A stretch of 64,000 bases of DNA from a virus, in IMG/VR virus record IMGVR_UViG_3300042473_001368; one strand, given 5' to 3'. The first letter of the stretch is position 1, and every line of letters starts with the position of its first letter. The position numbers and the translations under genes are program-made. Of the stretch, positions 39,809 to 48,953 are shown one piece after another. The notes under the pieces are model-generated. The model ran no database searches and had not been told where the DNA came from. It saw only the letters and a program-made list of their open reading frames with translations.

Positions 39809-40481
39809 ATACTTTACCTCCTACCTCACACACTGCTCTAACTTGTTCTTCAGTAAATTGTACATCGTTATTACTACACTCAAAAATTCCGCCTACATAT
39901 TTCGGTGCTCCTTCAAGTGATGTTAGTTGGTTATAACTACAAACAAAATGACCACTTACACTTATAGGCGCTCCTTTAAGTGAGGTTAGTTTGTTATTAG
40001 TACAATCAAAATTACCAACTACTCTCTGCGGAGCTCCTTCGAGAGATATTAGTCGGTTGTCAGTACAATCAAAATTACTAACTACTCTCTGCGGAGCTCC
40101 TTTAAGTGATGTTAGTTGGTTACCTAAACAATAAAAACTACCACCAACACTTTGCGGTGCTCCTTCGAGTGATGTGAGTAGGTTATGATAACAATAAAAA
40201 CTATCACCTACACTTTGAGGCGCTCCTTCGAGTGTAGTCAATTTATTGTTATAACAGTAAAAATTCTTACCTACACTACGTGGAGCTCCTTCGAGTGATG
40301 TTAGTTTATTATTTTCGCAATTAAAAGTACTACCTACACTACGTGGAGCTCCTTTTAAAGTTGTTAGTTGGTTGTTAGTACACTTAAAATAACCTTCTAT
40401 CTCAACACCCTCAAAAAAATCAGGTAGATTATCAAGATAGAGTTTGCTTATATCAACATGCCCCTTTATAATTTTCTTCAT
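39801..40481 (-). CDS. LRR-like protein, about 8 regular ~22-aa repeats
   Basis: F.C..N.LTSLEGAP.SVG repeats. Confidence 0.9.
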   Translation of the reverse strand: MKKIIKGHVDISKLYLDNLPDFFEGVEIEGYFKCTNNQLTTLKGAPRSVGSTFNCENNKLTSLEGAPRSVGKNFYCYNNKLTTLEGAPQSVGDSFYCYHNLLTSLEGAPQSVGGSFYCLGNQLTSLKGAPQRVVSNFDCTDNRLISLEGAPQRVVGNFDCTNNKLTSLKGAPISVSGHFVCSYNQLTSLEGAPKYVGGIFECSNNDVQFTEEQVRAVCEVGGKVYV

Positions 40482-41173
40482 TGGTCCATTGTTTGTTCTA
40501 GCTCTTTAGCATATCTTAATCTCTTACCTGTGTGCGGTACACCAGCCTTTTCGTATTTCTTCAAGAAGATTAGAGTGGCGTCTTCTACACTATCAGCATT
40601 ATTAAGCATTTGTTTTACTCTCATATATTCTGGATGAACTGTTAGTTCGTGTATAATAAAGTCGATCTGTGTGTTAAAATCAGTCCATTTTTTACCTTGT
40701 TTTTTGGCAAATGATACAAGATTGATTCTGTCTGTATCAAACCTACCACCTTTCTCCCATTGAACTAATCCTCTTCCTGGACCACCTCTCAACTGAACCA
40801 TGTCTGATTTCAACTCTTCTCCAGCTTCTGCTTTGAGATTCGCAACGATTCCTATCGCTGCTGTACGTGTTAAACCGCTTAGCATTAACTTATAAAATGC
40901 GTGTCTTGCTCTTGCTTGAGGAGAGCTTATATCCTGCGATATGTTCGGACGTACCTTGACAGGCTCTTCAGCTCTCTGAGATATGTTCGGACGTACTTTG
41001 ATAGGTGTTCTTGGTCTCTCAGATGTTTCTATCTTCTGTTCAATAGATTGTCGTGGATTGTCGTTATACTTATTTAAAATGGTGTTACCTCCTTTGATCA
41101 TTCCGAGTCCGGCTGCTCCTGCAGCTAGAGCCTTTAAATAGGTCTTTACATTTTCATCAAATTGCAAAATCAT
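40478..41173 (-). CDS. Phage tail lysozyme-domain protein
   Basis: AIGIVANLKAEAG...GRGLVQWE..GR...QIDFIIHEL...F...YEK. Confidence 0.8.
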   Translation of the reverse strand: MILQFDENVKTYLKALAAGAAGLGMIKGGNTILNKYNDNPRQSIEQKIETSERPRTPIKVRPNISQRAEEPVKVRPNISQDISSPQARARHAFYKLMLSGLTRTAAIGIVANLKAEAGEELKSDMVQLRGGPGRGLVQWEKGGRFDTDRINLVSFAKKQGKKWTDFNTQIDFIIHELTVHPEYMRVKQMLNNADSVEDATLIFLKKYEKAGVPHTGKRLRYAKELEQTMDQ

Positions 41174-41236
41174 TTTATATAGCTTTATTTATCCTTTTAA
41201 CATAGTTTTTTAAAGCTAGGTGTATATAATATTCAT

Positions 41237-41875
41237 ATGCGTAATATCAACCTTCCGAAGGCTCGTGTATACATCCGTAAAGATGCCTTCGGTGGCTCAA
41301 GCGAAGAATTTGAACCAGCTTGGCTTGTGTCAGTTCGCGCACTTAGATCGCGACCGCTTTGCTTTCAGGTATGGGTTGATAAGTATGCTGCGTGCTACGA
41401 TAAAGTACCACCTCATACACTATACTGGAAAGTTCCTAGCAGCTTTCAACAAGCTCTACCTCTTTCTAAAATACAGATGTGGGAATGCTTATCAGGTTCT
41501 ATAGAATGCTGGGTAAAAGCACAACTCGGCGATGCGCCTGTTATTGTAAATCTAGGTAAGGATTACGGTACAACTAGAGGCAAGTACTGGTTTACGCTCG
41601 ATTTTATACCAGAGAATGAAGCGCTTGGTTATGTTGATGTTGGTGAAGCAGGTGTTCTTGAAGAGCACAAAGAGGGTAATGTTATCAAACTTGCAAACGG
41701 TCAAATTGCCATCTACCCTAATAACCGTCTCAAGTGGCTTCCTCCCTCTCTTACATCTGCATCAGCATTGTCTGCTATTCCTCCATGGAGTGTAGCGAGT
41801 GATGCGCAATGGGAAGCGTGGATGACAGGAGAAGATAAGGCAGAATTACACGGAGATTCTGAATGGGCTTATTGA
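41237..41875 (+). CDS. Conserved phage hypothetical protein
   Basis: Long clean ORF with tataat upstream. Confidence 0.75.
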   Translation: MRNINLPKARVYIRKDAFGGSSEEFEPAWLVSVRALRSRPLCFQVWVDKYAACYDKVPPHTLYWKVPSSFQQALPLSKIQMWECLSGSIECWVKAQLGDAPVIVNLGKDYGTTRGKYWFTLDFIPENEALGYVDVGEAGVLEEHKEGNVIKLANGQIAIYPNNRLKWLPPSLTSASALSAIPPWSVASDAQWEAWMTGEDKAELHGDSEWAY

Positions 41876-41904
41876 TTCAAAACGAACTTCACTATAATTA
41901 GTAT

Positions 41905-43023
41905 ATGAACCTAGATACACTTTATAAAAGGGATAGCAATGATGGTGTCCGTCAATGGACAATTGAGGTAAATGAAACAGGTTACCGTACTCACAGTGGT
42001 TTGGTGAATGGTAAGATTGTAACTAGTGAGTGGTTTAAGGTTGAAGCGACAAATGTTGGTCGTTCTAATGAGAGGGATCTCGCTACTCAAGCGCAATTCG
42101 AAGCACAGGCACGCTGGCAAAAGAAAGTTGATTCGGGATACAGTCCTAATCAAGAGAGTTGTAATACAGCAACAGTCAAAATCACTCCTATGCTTGCTAA
42201 AAAATGGGAAGACCGCAAAGATAAGCTCTCGTTTCCTTTAGCATCACAACCTAAGCTCGATGGTCTTAGATGTTGGATTGATAAGCAAGGTGCGTGGACT
42301 CGTAACGGTAAGCGTTGGATGACTGTACCATTTTTAACAAAAGCGCTGAGAGGCTTTTTTGATAGTCATCCTCATGCCATTCTTGATGGGGAGCTTTATA
42401 GTCACGAACTTAAGCATGACTTTAATAAAATCTGTAGCTTGGTTAAAAAGTCAAAACCAACAGCAGAAGATATTGACGAGTGCGAATCGAAGATCAAGTA
42501 CTACATTTACGACTGTGTAATTCATCCTATGAAAACGTCTACATTTACAAGTCGTATTGAAAGTGTGCGAGAAATTGTACAAAGACTGCCGCAAAACTTT
42601 GTAGCTGTACCAACAACCATTGCTAATGATCAAACTGAGCTTGATGCTCTATATGGTGGTTATATTGAGGATGGCTTTGAGGGTCAGATGGTACGACTGC
42701 CAGATAGTCCTTACGAATTCAAACGCAGCGCAAATCTATTGAAACGAAAAGAGTTTCAGGATGACGAGTACTTGATTGTTGATATTTGTGAAGGCAATGG
42801 CAATAAGAGCGGCATGGCAGGATATGCAATCTTGCAACACGCTGACGGTCGCACATTTAATAGTAATATCAAAGGGCAGCATGACTTCTTGACAGAGTTA
42901 CTTAAGAATAGAGAGACATATATTAGCACATATGCTACATGCACATTCTTCAATCTTACTCCTGATGGTATTCCTCGCTTTCCATACATTACGCGTCTCC
43001 GAGACGGTAAGGGTGTCGATTGA
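41905..43023 (+). CDS. lig: ATP-dependent DNA ligase
   Basis: PMLA, QPKLDGLRC (KxDG), LDGELY, EGQMVR, LLKRKEFQDDE, GIPRFP. Confidence 0.95.
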   Translation: MNLDTLYKRDSNDGVRQWTIEVNETGYRTHSGLVNGKIVTSEWFKVEATNVGRSNERDLATQAQFEAQARWQKKVDSGYSPNQESCNTATVKITPMLAKKWEDRKDKLSFPLASQPKLDGLRCWIDKQGAWTRNGKRWMTVPFLTKALRGFFDSHPHAILDGELYSHELKHDFNKICSLVKKSKPTAEDIDECESKIKYYIYDCVIHPMKTSTFTSRIESVREIVQRLPQNFVAVPTTIANDQTELDALYGGYIEDGFEGQMVRLPDSPYEFKRSANLLKRKEFQDDEYLIVDICEGNGNKSGMAGYAILQHADGRTFNSNIKGQHDFLTELLKNRETYISTYATCTFFNLTPDGIPRFPYITRLRDGKGVD

Positions 43024-43060
43024 TCCTTTTGTGGTAGTTAATGCATAAATAATAACTACC

Positions 43061-43279
43061 ATGATTGCATTTCTTAGAAAACTACTAGATTGGTTTCTAG
43101 CAGATTACGAGCAACCAGTTAAGCAAAAGCAGTATTTGTATAGGTATAAGCACCGTGTTTTTTGGTGCGATCCGCAGACAATAAAGAGACTGAATGATGC
43201 TTTAGCAATGGCTAATAGCGAAGAAAGGTATAAGCGAGTTCTTTCGCCTGAGTCAGAGCGGTATAAAAAGAGAGATTAA
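43061..43279 (+). CDS. Small late hypothetical protein
   Basis: CATAAATA upstream. Confidence 0.6.
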   Translation: MIAFLRKLLDWFLADYEQPVKQKQYLYRYKHRVFWCDPQTIKRLNDALAMANSEERYKRVLSPESERYKKRD

Positions 43280-43281
43280 AA

Positions 43282-43308
43282 AACCGAGCTAGTTAAGCTA
43301 GCTCGGTT
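43282..43308. terminator. Bidirectional terminator
   Basis: AACCGAGCTAG/CTAGCTCGGTT flanked by A/T runs. Confidence 0.8.
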
Positions 43309-43484
43309 GATTTTTTATATTCTTGCAGCTCGTCTTTTGTTATATGAAAACGGCATCGATCACCGTATCTAAAAAAGACCTTGTTACCATCTATTCTGTA
43401 AATGCTGATATAATCTTCGCCTCTGCCGTTATTGAGCTTAAGAAGATTATCTCTAAATGATTCGTTGATGTATACTTTTTCCAT
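43293..43484 (-). CDS. Hypothetical protein
   Basis: Downstream of the lysis cassette. Confidence 0.55.
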   Translation of the reverse strand: MEKVYINESFRDNLLKLNNGRGEDYISIYRIDGNKVFFRYGDRCRFHITKDELQEYKKSTELA

Positions 43485-43491
43485 GTGCTTG

Positions 43492-43728
43492 TTATCTGAT
43501 TTGTTCGCTTTCTAATTTTCTAAAACGAGCGTCTGAATGCCAGAGCTCATCTGTCTGCGGAGTATAAACACCTTCAACTGTTTTAATTGGTTGATCCGCT
43601 TTGAGGTGTAGAGTAGGTGGTTGATATATGTTCAATGAATTCTCTTTCTCTCTTAAGCTCCACCCGCAAGAGGTCAGCACGAGCATGATCGCTACTAAGC
43701 TTAGATGTACGAAGTTTTTCGATTTCAT
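43492..43728 (-). CDS. Putative o-spanin (lipoprotein)
   Basis: Basic N-terminus, hydrophobic stretch, lipobox LTS-C; overlaps the upstream ORF in another frame. Confidence 0.7.
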   Translation of the reverse strand: MKSKNFVHLSLVAIMLVLTSCGWSLREKENSLNIYQPPTLHLKADQPIKTVEGVYTPQTDELWHSDARFRKLESEQIR

Positions 43729-43852
43729 TGACAATTTCTTTCTGTTCCTGTCTCGACTTGACAATAATATCATAATAGAAAGCTTTAGAGCGTAGCTTAA
43801 AGTACTCAGTAAGAGCTACAAAAAAAGCTTTAAACAACGCTATAGCATCCAT
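43583..43852 (-). CDS. Putative i-spanin
   Basis: Hydrophobic N-terminus plus coiled coil; between holin and lipoprotein. Confidence 0.6.
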   Translation of the reverse strand: MDAIALFKAFFVALTEYFKLRSKAFYYDIIVKSRQEQKEIVNEIEKLRTSKLSSDHARADLLRVELKREREFIEHISTTYSTPQSGSTN

Positions 43853-44034
43853 TACTTGTTCTTTGCTTTACCGATGTTAAGAGCAACAAAGTCAATAATA
43901 GCGTAGACTTTGGCAAGTGGTGTACCAGGTTCTGGAGTTGGTGTAATTGCAGCGATTGCAGATGCGAGAGCTACTGCAGCTGTTACAACATTAAACCATG
44001 GGTATTGTTGAATGTATTCGATTAGTGTTTCCAT
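43852..44034 (-). CDS. Putative holin
   Basis: 60 aa, TM segment, AITPTP motif, basic C-terminus. Confidence 0.65.
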   Translation of the reverse strand: METLIEYIQQYPWFNVVTAAVALASAIAAITPTPEPGTPLAKVYAIIDFVALNIGKAKNK

Positions 44035-44088
44035 AAAAATATTTATTCTATAAAGTTTATTTTTTTGGTAGGCGACCTAAATATTTTT

Positions 44089-44575
44089 ATGATTAAAGTA
44101 TTATCAGACAATAGCGTTCAACTCTGTGGTAAAGGTAAATGCTGTCCAATCGTAACATTACGCGAAGACGGCACATATGAAGTTAAAGATGATTACGGCA
44201 ATACAGTTCTTGTTAAGAAAGAAGAGCTTGAGCTAGTAGCTGATGCAGTCAAGACTCTCGATATTAAAAGAGATCAACTAATCTGTGGATAACTTATACT
44301 TCTTTACAGTCTCTTGTATAGGTCTATGCTTTATATTAAAGTATGGATCTATACTTTCTTTTATTAGAACTCCTCTTCTCAAGATTGCATTCTTCAGAGA
44401 GTTGTTTACATGTGCACTGTGTCTTGGCTTCTGGTCAGGAGTTATACTTGGCACCACTGCTTACCTCTTTAATGAAGTGAGTTTGTATGTAGCTCTCTTA
44501 TCTGCAGTGTATAGCGCTGCTACATGCTGGGTAGCTGATTATGTATTAGACATAATCGTTAAGCATTCTCGATAA
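44089..44575 (+). CDS. Two late ORFs: 44089..44292 (CGKGKCCP) and 44285..44575 (DUF1360-like membrane protein, CALCLGFWSG)
   Basis: CTAAATA promoter; motifs. Confidence 0.65.
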
Positions 44576-44861
44576 ACTTCAACAACTCATATAACTGAGC
44601 TGAACAATAACCCATTCCGCGTTCCTCGCTATCAGCAAGCAAATTGTTGATTACAGCTTTAAGAGGTCCGATCGGAATGGATTTTTCTTCTTCGGATTCT
44701 GGAAGAGCCGCTGTTATCATACCTGCTCCAGGCTTATTGATCCCGGTGAGATAAGAGTTTTTAATATCTAGTCTAGGTGTATACTTTAGGTTATCAGATG
44801 GATCATTGCCCATTGGGTAGCTTTCATATATTGCTTGGAGGTCTCTAAAACTATTACTCAT
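44559..44861 (-). CDS. Small late hypothetical protein
   Basis: ACTAAATA upstream on - strand; MSNSFRDLQAIYE. Confidence 0.65.
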   Translation of the reverse strand: MSNSFRDLQAIYESYPMGNDPSDNLKYTPRLDIKNSYLTGINKPGAGMITAALPESEEEKSIPIGPLKAVINNLLADSEERGMGYCSAQLYELLKFIENA

Positions 44862-44877
44862 ACTTACGTGTATTTAG

Positions 44878-44905
44878 TTGAAAAGCATTAAACTTCTATT
44901 ATAAT
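44878..44905 (+). promoter_or_regulatory. Sigma70-like promoter TTGAAA-N16-TATAAT (same form at 51923 and 53905)
   Basis: Three copies with identical 16-nt spacing before DNA-metabolism operons. Confidence 0.7.
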
Positions 44906-44912
44906 TTATTAA

Positions 44913-45490
44913 ATGGATAGAACACTAATTTGTCTTATCTCTGGTAAAAAATATGTATTTAGCCAGGATTACTTTAATAAAAAAGCGGAAGAGTATGGAG
45001 GTGCGGAACAACTTAAAAAGTTCTTTGTTACTAAGAAAGTAAAGTCTCTTATTGGTAGAAGTTATTCGGTTGATGAGATTCGCCGTATTCTAAGTATCAA
45101 TGGAGAGGAAGGACTTGTACCATCTGATAGTAGGGATATTATAGAAATAATGTCTTTTCATAAGATGAAAATTGATGCTTCGTCTAGACGAAATACTAAC
45201 AAATTACCTACCATAAAAACCGATCCAATCGTCGCTGAATTCATAAATAACTTACAGGTATGACTAAAAGATTTATTGCACAACAAGGTAGCAAAGGCAC
45301 TGTTAGGGTGTTTGATGCTTCAACAGGAAACTTATATAAAATTATCAATGTCGGTGGTGATGTTGTATCACAACCAATTGTAACAGAAAGTGAAATGTCT
45401 GTCATGGTGAAATCGGGAGAAACTAATTTTCTCAAAACCTTTATATTGCCATCAGGTGGGCTGAAGAACACCGTTACACTTTCTAACTAA
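44913..45490 (+). CDS. Two hypothetical ORFs (44913..45263, 45260..45490)
   Basis: Lead the nrd operon. Confidence 0.7.
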
Positions 45491-45498
45491 TATATACT

Positions 45499-46482
45499 AT
45501 GACAGATATTACTATTTTCGACGAACAAATTTGTCGAAAGCCAAATCGCTATGCTTGGACTGAAAAATTCATCGAAGCAATGCATAATGGCTTTTGGACT
45601 GATAAAGAATTCTCATTTAAATCTGATGTTCAACAATTTAAAGTTGAGCTTACCGATCAAGAAAGAGAGATTATTATACGTACACTATCAGCTATTGGAC
45701 AAATTGAGGTAGCTGTTAAGACATTCTGGGCTAAGCTCGGTGAAAATCTTCCTCATCCATCTTTACAAGATCTTGGTTATGTTATGGCTAACGTAGAAGT
45801 TATACATAATAATGCATATGAAAGACTTATATCTGTATTAGATCTTGAGGATGTATTTGAAGAGAACCTTAAACTAGAGTGGATTCAAGGCAGAGTAAAG
45901 TATTTACGTAAATACACACATAAGTTTTACAAAGACAGCCGTAAGCAATATCTATATGCATTGATCTTGTTTACTCTCTTTGTTGAGAATGTGTCTCTTT
46001 TTTCTCAATTTTATATTATTAACTGGTTTGCGAGATTTAAGAATGTACTTAAAGATACAGATCAACAAGTAAAATATACACGTAATGAGGAGAATATTCA
46101 CGCTCTTGTTGGTATCAAAATTATCAATACTATTCGTGAAGAGCTTCCTTCTCTGTTTGACGAAGAGTTAGAGCAAAAGATTCATAGCGAAGCTCATGAA
46201 GCATTTAAGTCTGAAGCTAAGATTGTTGACTGGATGATTAACGGTATTCAAGAGCCAAGTCTTTCAGCACCTATTCTCAAAGAGTTTATTAAGAATCGTA
46301 TTAACGAGTCACTTGCACAAATTGGATTTAAGCCAGCTTTTGAAGTAGATAAAGAACTTTTAGAGTCTACAATGTGGTTCGAGGAAGAGTTACTAGGCAA
46401 TAATATGGTAGACTTCTTTCATTCGCGTCCAGTTGACTACGCTAAGAATACGCAATCATTTTCAGAAGACGACTTATTTTAA
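45499..46482 (+). CDS. nrdB: Class I ribonucleotide reductase beta subunit
   Basis: W...E...D, E..H...Y, ENVSLFSQF, RNEE.IH, DFF..RPVDY. Confidence 0.95.
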   Translation: MTDITIFDEQICRKPNRYAWTEKFIEAMHNGFWTDKEFSFKSDVQQFKVELTDQEREIIIRTLSAIGQIEVAVKTFWAKLGENLPHPSLQDLGYVMANVEVIHNNAYERLISVLDLEDVFEENLKLEWIQGRVKYLRKYTHKFYKDSRKQYLYALILFTLFVENVSLFSQFYIINWFARFKNVLKDTDQQVKYTRNEENIHALVGIKIINTIREELPSLFDEELEQKIHSEAHEAFKSEAKIVDWMINGIQEPSLSAPILKEFIKNRINESLAQIGFKPAFEVDKELLESTMWFEEELLGNNMVDFFHSRPVDYAKNTQSFSEDDLF

Positions 46483-46485
46483 TAT

Positions 46486-48135
46486 ATGGAAAAATACAAA
46501 TGGCTTAATAAAGATTCACGAAAGTTTCTTGAGAGGGACTATCTACTTGAAGGAGAAACTCCAGAACAACGTATAGCAGATATTGCTAACAGTGCTCAGA
46601 AGCTTCTTCGTAAAGATGGTTTCGCAGAGAAGTTTATTGATTATATGGAGAGAGGCTTTTACTCTCTTTCAACTCCAATCTGGACTAACTTCGGACGTAA
46701 AAGAGGCCTGCCTATTTCTTGCTTTGGGAGTTACATTCCAGATGATATTGTAGGCATTCTTCAAAAGGTTGGTGAAGTTGGAGCTATGTCTGCTGGAGGC
46801 GGAGGTACATCCGCGTACTTTGGAGATGTAAGATCACGTGGCTCTAAAATTAGTTCTAATGGTACATCAACAGGCGTTCATCATCAGCTGACTGTATTTG
46901 AAGCATTGACCAATTATGTATCTCAAGGAAGTGTAAGACGTGGTTCTTTCGCTGCTTATCTACCTATTGATCATGGCGATATCGAAGAGTTTCTCAAAAT
47001 TCGATCTGAAGGTAACAATATTCAAGAAATGTCTTTTGGGATTACTGTAACCGATGAATGGTTAAACTCCATGTATGAAGGTGACAAAGAGAAGAGACGT
47101 ATTTGGGGTCTAGTTATTAAGAAGAGATTTGAAACTGGTTACCCATATATCTTCTTTACTGATACTGCAAACAATCAAGCTCCTCAAGTCTATAAAGATA
47201 AAGGTAAACGTATTAATGCTAGTAATCTATGCACAGAAATTTTCCTATCTACAGATGAGAACGAATCATTTGTTTGTGATCTATCTTCTCTCAATCTTGA
47301 AAAATGGGATGAAATTAAAGAGTTACCAGATGTTATTGAAGTACTGAGCTATTTCCTCGATGCAGTTATGACTGAGTTTATCGAAAAGACTGCAGGTAAT
47401 CCTCTTATGGTAGCTGCTCGAAATTTCGCTATCAATCAACGTGCTCTTGGTATAGGTGTTCTTGGGTGGCATTCATACTTACAATCAAAGTCTGTACCGT
47501 TTGAATCCTTGGAAGCTAAGTTTACAAACATCGAGATTTGGGAACGTATCAGAAACGATGCTGATGCTGCAACAGCTAAGATGGCTACTGAATATGGTGA
47601 ACCTCCTCTTTTAGAAGGCTACGGTAAGCGTAATGTAACTATGCTTGCTATTGCTCCTACAACTTCGAGTAGCTTTATTCTTGGTCAAGTTAGTCCGAGC
47701 ATTGAGCCACTTAACAGTAACTACTTTGTTAAGGATCTCGCTAAAGGTAAGTTTACATACCGTAATCCATATCTTGAGAAGATGCTAGAGTCAAAAGATA
47801 AAAATGATACAGATACATGGAAGTCTATTCTTACAAGAGGTGGATCTGTTCAGCATCTTGACTTCTTATCGCAAGATGAGAAAGATATCTTTAAGACATT
47901 CGGTGAGATTTCTCAGAAAGAAATTATTACACAAGCTGCTGATAGACAGCAGTATATTGATCAAGGGCAGTCGCTTAACTTAATGATTCCTCCTGCTGTT
48001 AAAGCTAAGGAAGTTAACGAGTTAATTAAGTTTGCGTGGGAGAGCGGAATTAAGTCGCTCTACTACCAACGGTCAGCTAATCCAGCTCAAGAGCTTGCAC
48101 GATCTATATTAACGTGTTCGTCTTGTGAAGGTTAA
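46486..48135 (+). CDS. nrdA: Class I ribonucleotide reductase alpha subunit (no ATP cone)
   Basis: STPIWTN, SCF, SNLCTEI, LGIGVLG, APTTSSS, DQGQSLN, GIKSLYY, C-terminal CSSC. Confidence 0.95.
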   Translation: MEKYKWLNKDSRKFLERDYLLEGETPEQRIADIANSAQKLLRKDGFAEKFIDYMERGFYSLSTPIWTNFGRKRGLPISCFGSYIPDDIVGILQKVGEVGAMSAGGGGTSAYFGDVRSRGSKISSNGTSTGVHHQLTVFEALTNYVSQGSVRRGSFAAYLPIDHGDIEEFLKIRSEGNNIQEMSFGITVTDEWLNSMYEGDKEKRRIWGLVIKKRFETGYPYIFFTDTANNQAPQVYKDKGKRINASNLCTEIFLSTDENESFVCDLSSLNLEKWDEIKELPDVIEVLSYFLDAVMTEFIEKTAGNPLMVAARNFAINQRALGIGVLGWHSYLQSKSVPFESLEAKFTNIEIWERIRNDADAATAKMATEYGEPPLLEGYGKRNVTMLAIAPTTSSSFILGQVSPSIEPLNSNYFVKDLAKGKFTYRNPYLEKMLESKDKNDTDTWKSILTRGGSVQHLDFLSQDEKDIFKTFGEISQKEIITQAADRQQYIDQGQSLNLMIPPAVKAKEVNELIKFAWESGIKSLYYQRSANPAQELARSILTCSSCEG

Positions 48136-48140
48136 TAATT

Positions 48141-48167
48141 AACCCCGGCAATGCCGGGGTTTTTTTT
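48141..48167. terminator. Bidirectional terminator
   Basis: AACCCCGGCA/TGCCGGGGTT plus T-run. Confidence 0.85.
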
Positions 48168-48927
48168 ACTTAGAATTTAATTTGCGTAAGTCGGTTAATG
48201 CTGCGACTGTAGCGTCTATTCGTTTATCGTATTTTGCAGATGGTATAATTACTCCATCAAATACTGTTTTTCCAAGTACAATACTTAGACCTTGAATTGC
48301 TTCTGACCTAGTATATCCTTTATTAAGAGTAACATAATCAACAACTGGTACAATGTCAACGATATTATCATTAACTATTTCTTCAGTTTTAACATTTGTA
48401 CGCTTACTATTAATTAAGCTTATAACCCATGGCTTAGTAACTTTAATACCAGGGCATGTTTTCGATGTCTTTGGATCATCTCTATGAAAACGAATCGTGG
48501 TATTATTAATTTCAATTCCAAGCCACTCAGCAAGGACAGCTACTGTTTCAGCTGCAGTCTCCCAGCATTGTAAACCTCTACCTGACAATGGATCTTCCTT
48601 ATCATAATCTCCTAACACCTCGATACCAATAGAATTTCGATTAAACGAAACCGCGTGAATACCAGACATTGTTGGCGGAGTCATTCCGAAGATTTGATCT
48701 TCATCGATAAAGAAATGAGGACCTCTAGACCAGCCTAACTCGCCGGAATAAAAGGTTTTAATATTTTCAATATGCTGTATAGTAAATCCTTTTGGTCTCT
48801 GAGCTAGTGAAGGAGCTGCAGTATGGTGAAGTACAATACAATTAATGGCTGCTGGTTTTGTGAGTGTTTGGAGGTACTCTTTTAATGAATTTGGTGTCCA
48901 AACTCTTCCGGTATTTTCGAATGACAT
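48166..48927 (-). CDS. N-acetylmuramoyl-L-alanine amidase (Amidase_2), endolysin candidate
   Basis: IVLHHT, HFFID, GIHA..FN..SIGIE..GDY, FHRD...KTCPG. Confidence 0.9.
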   Translation of the reverse strand: MSFENTGRVWTPNSLKEYLQTLTKPAAINCIVLHHTAAPSLAQRPKGFTIQHIENIKTFYSGELGWSRGPHFFIDEDQIFGMTPPTMSGIHAVSFNRNSIGIEVLGDYDKEDPLSGRGLQCWETAAETVAVLAEWLGIEINNTTIRFHRDDPKTSKTCPGIKVTKPWVISLINSKRTNVKTEEIVNDNIVDIVPVVDYVTLNKGYTRSEAIQGLSIVLGKTVFDGVIIPSAKYDKRIDATVAALTDLRKLNSK

Positions 48928-48953
48928 ACATAAGTATTTATAACAATTTTAAC

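Larger units (their letters stand above)
890..41898 (+). promoter_or_regulatory. Dispersed family (~45-50 copies) of putative early promoters AACGAAC(T/C)-N4-TA(T/C)AAT
   Basis: Read by eye at 890, 3392, 3841, 7509, 9209, 11244, 11454, 13650, 17010, 20661, 23687, 24302, 24910, 25190, 25454, 25725, 26177, 26783, 27026, 27281, 29111, 29632, 29803, 30043, 30302, 30598, 31370, 32082, 32566, 33901, 34357, 34487, 34786, 35128, 35450, 35730, 35968, 36204, 36464, 36797, 37389, 41881, plus variants; + strand, nearly always shortly before an ATG. Confidence 0.85.
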
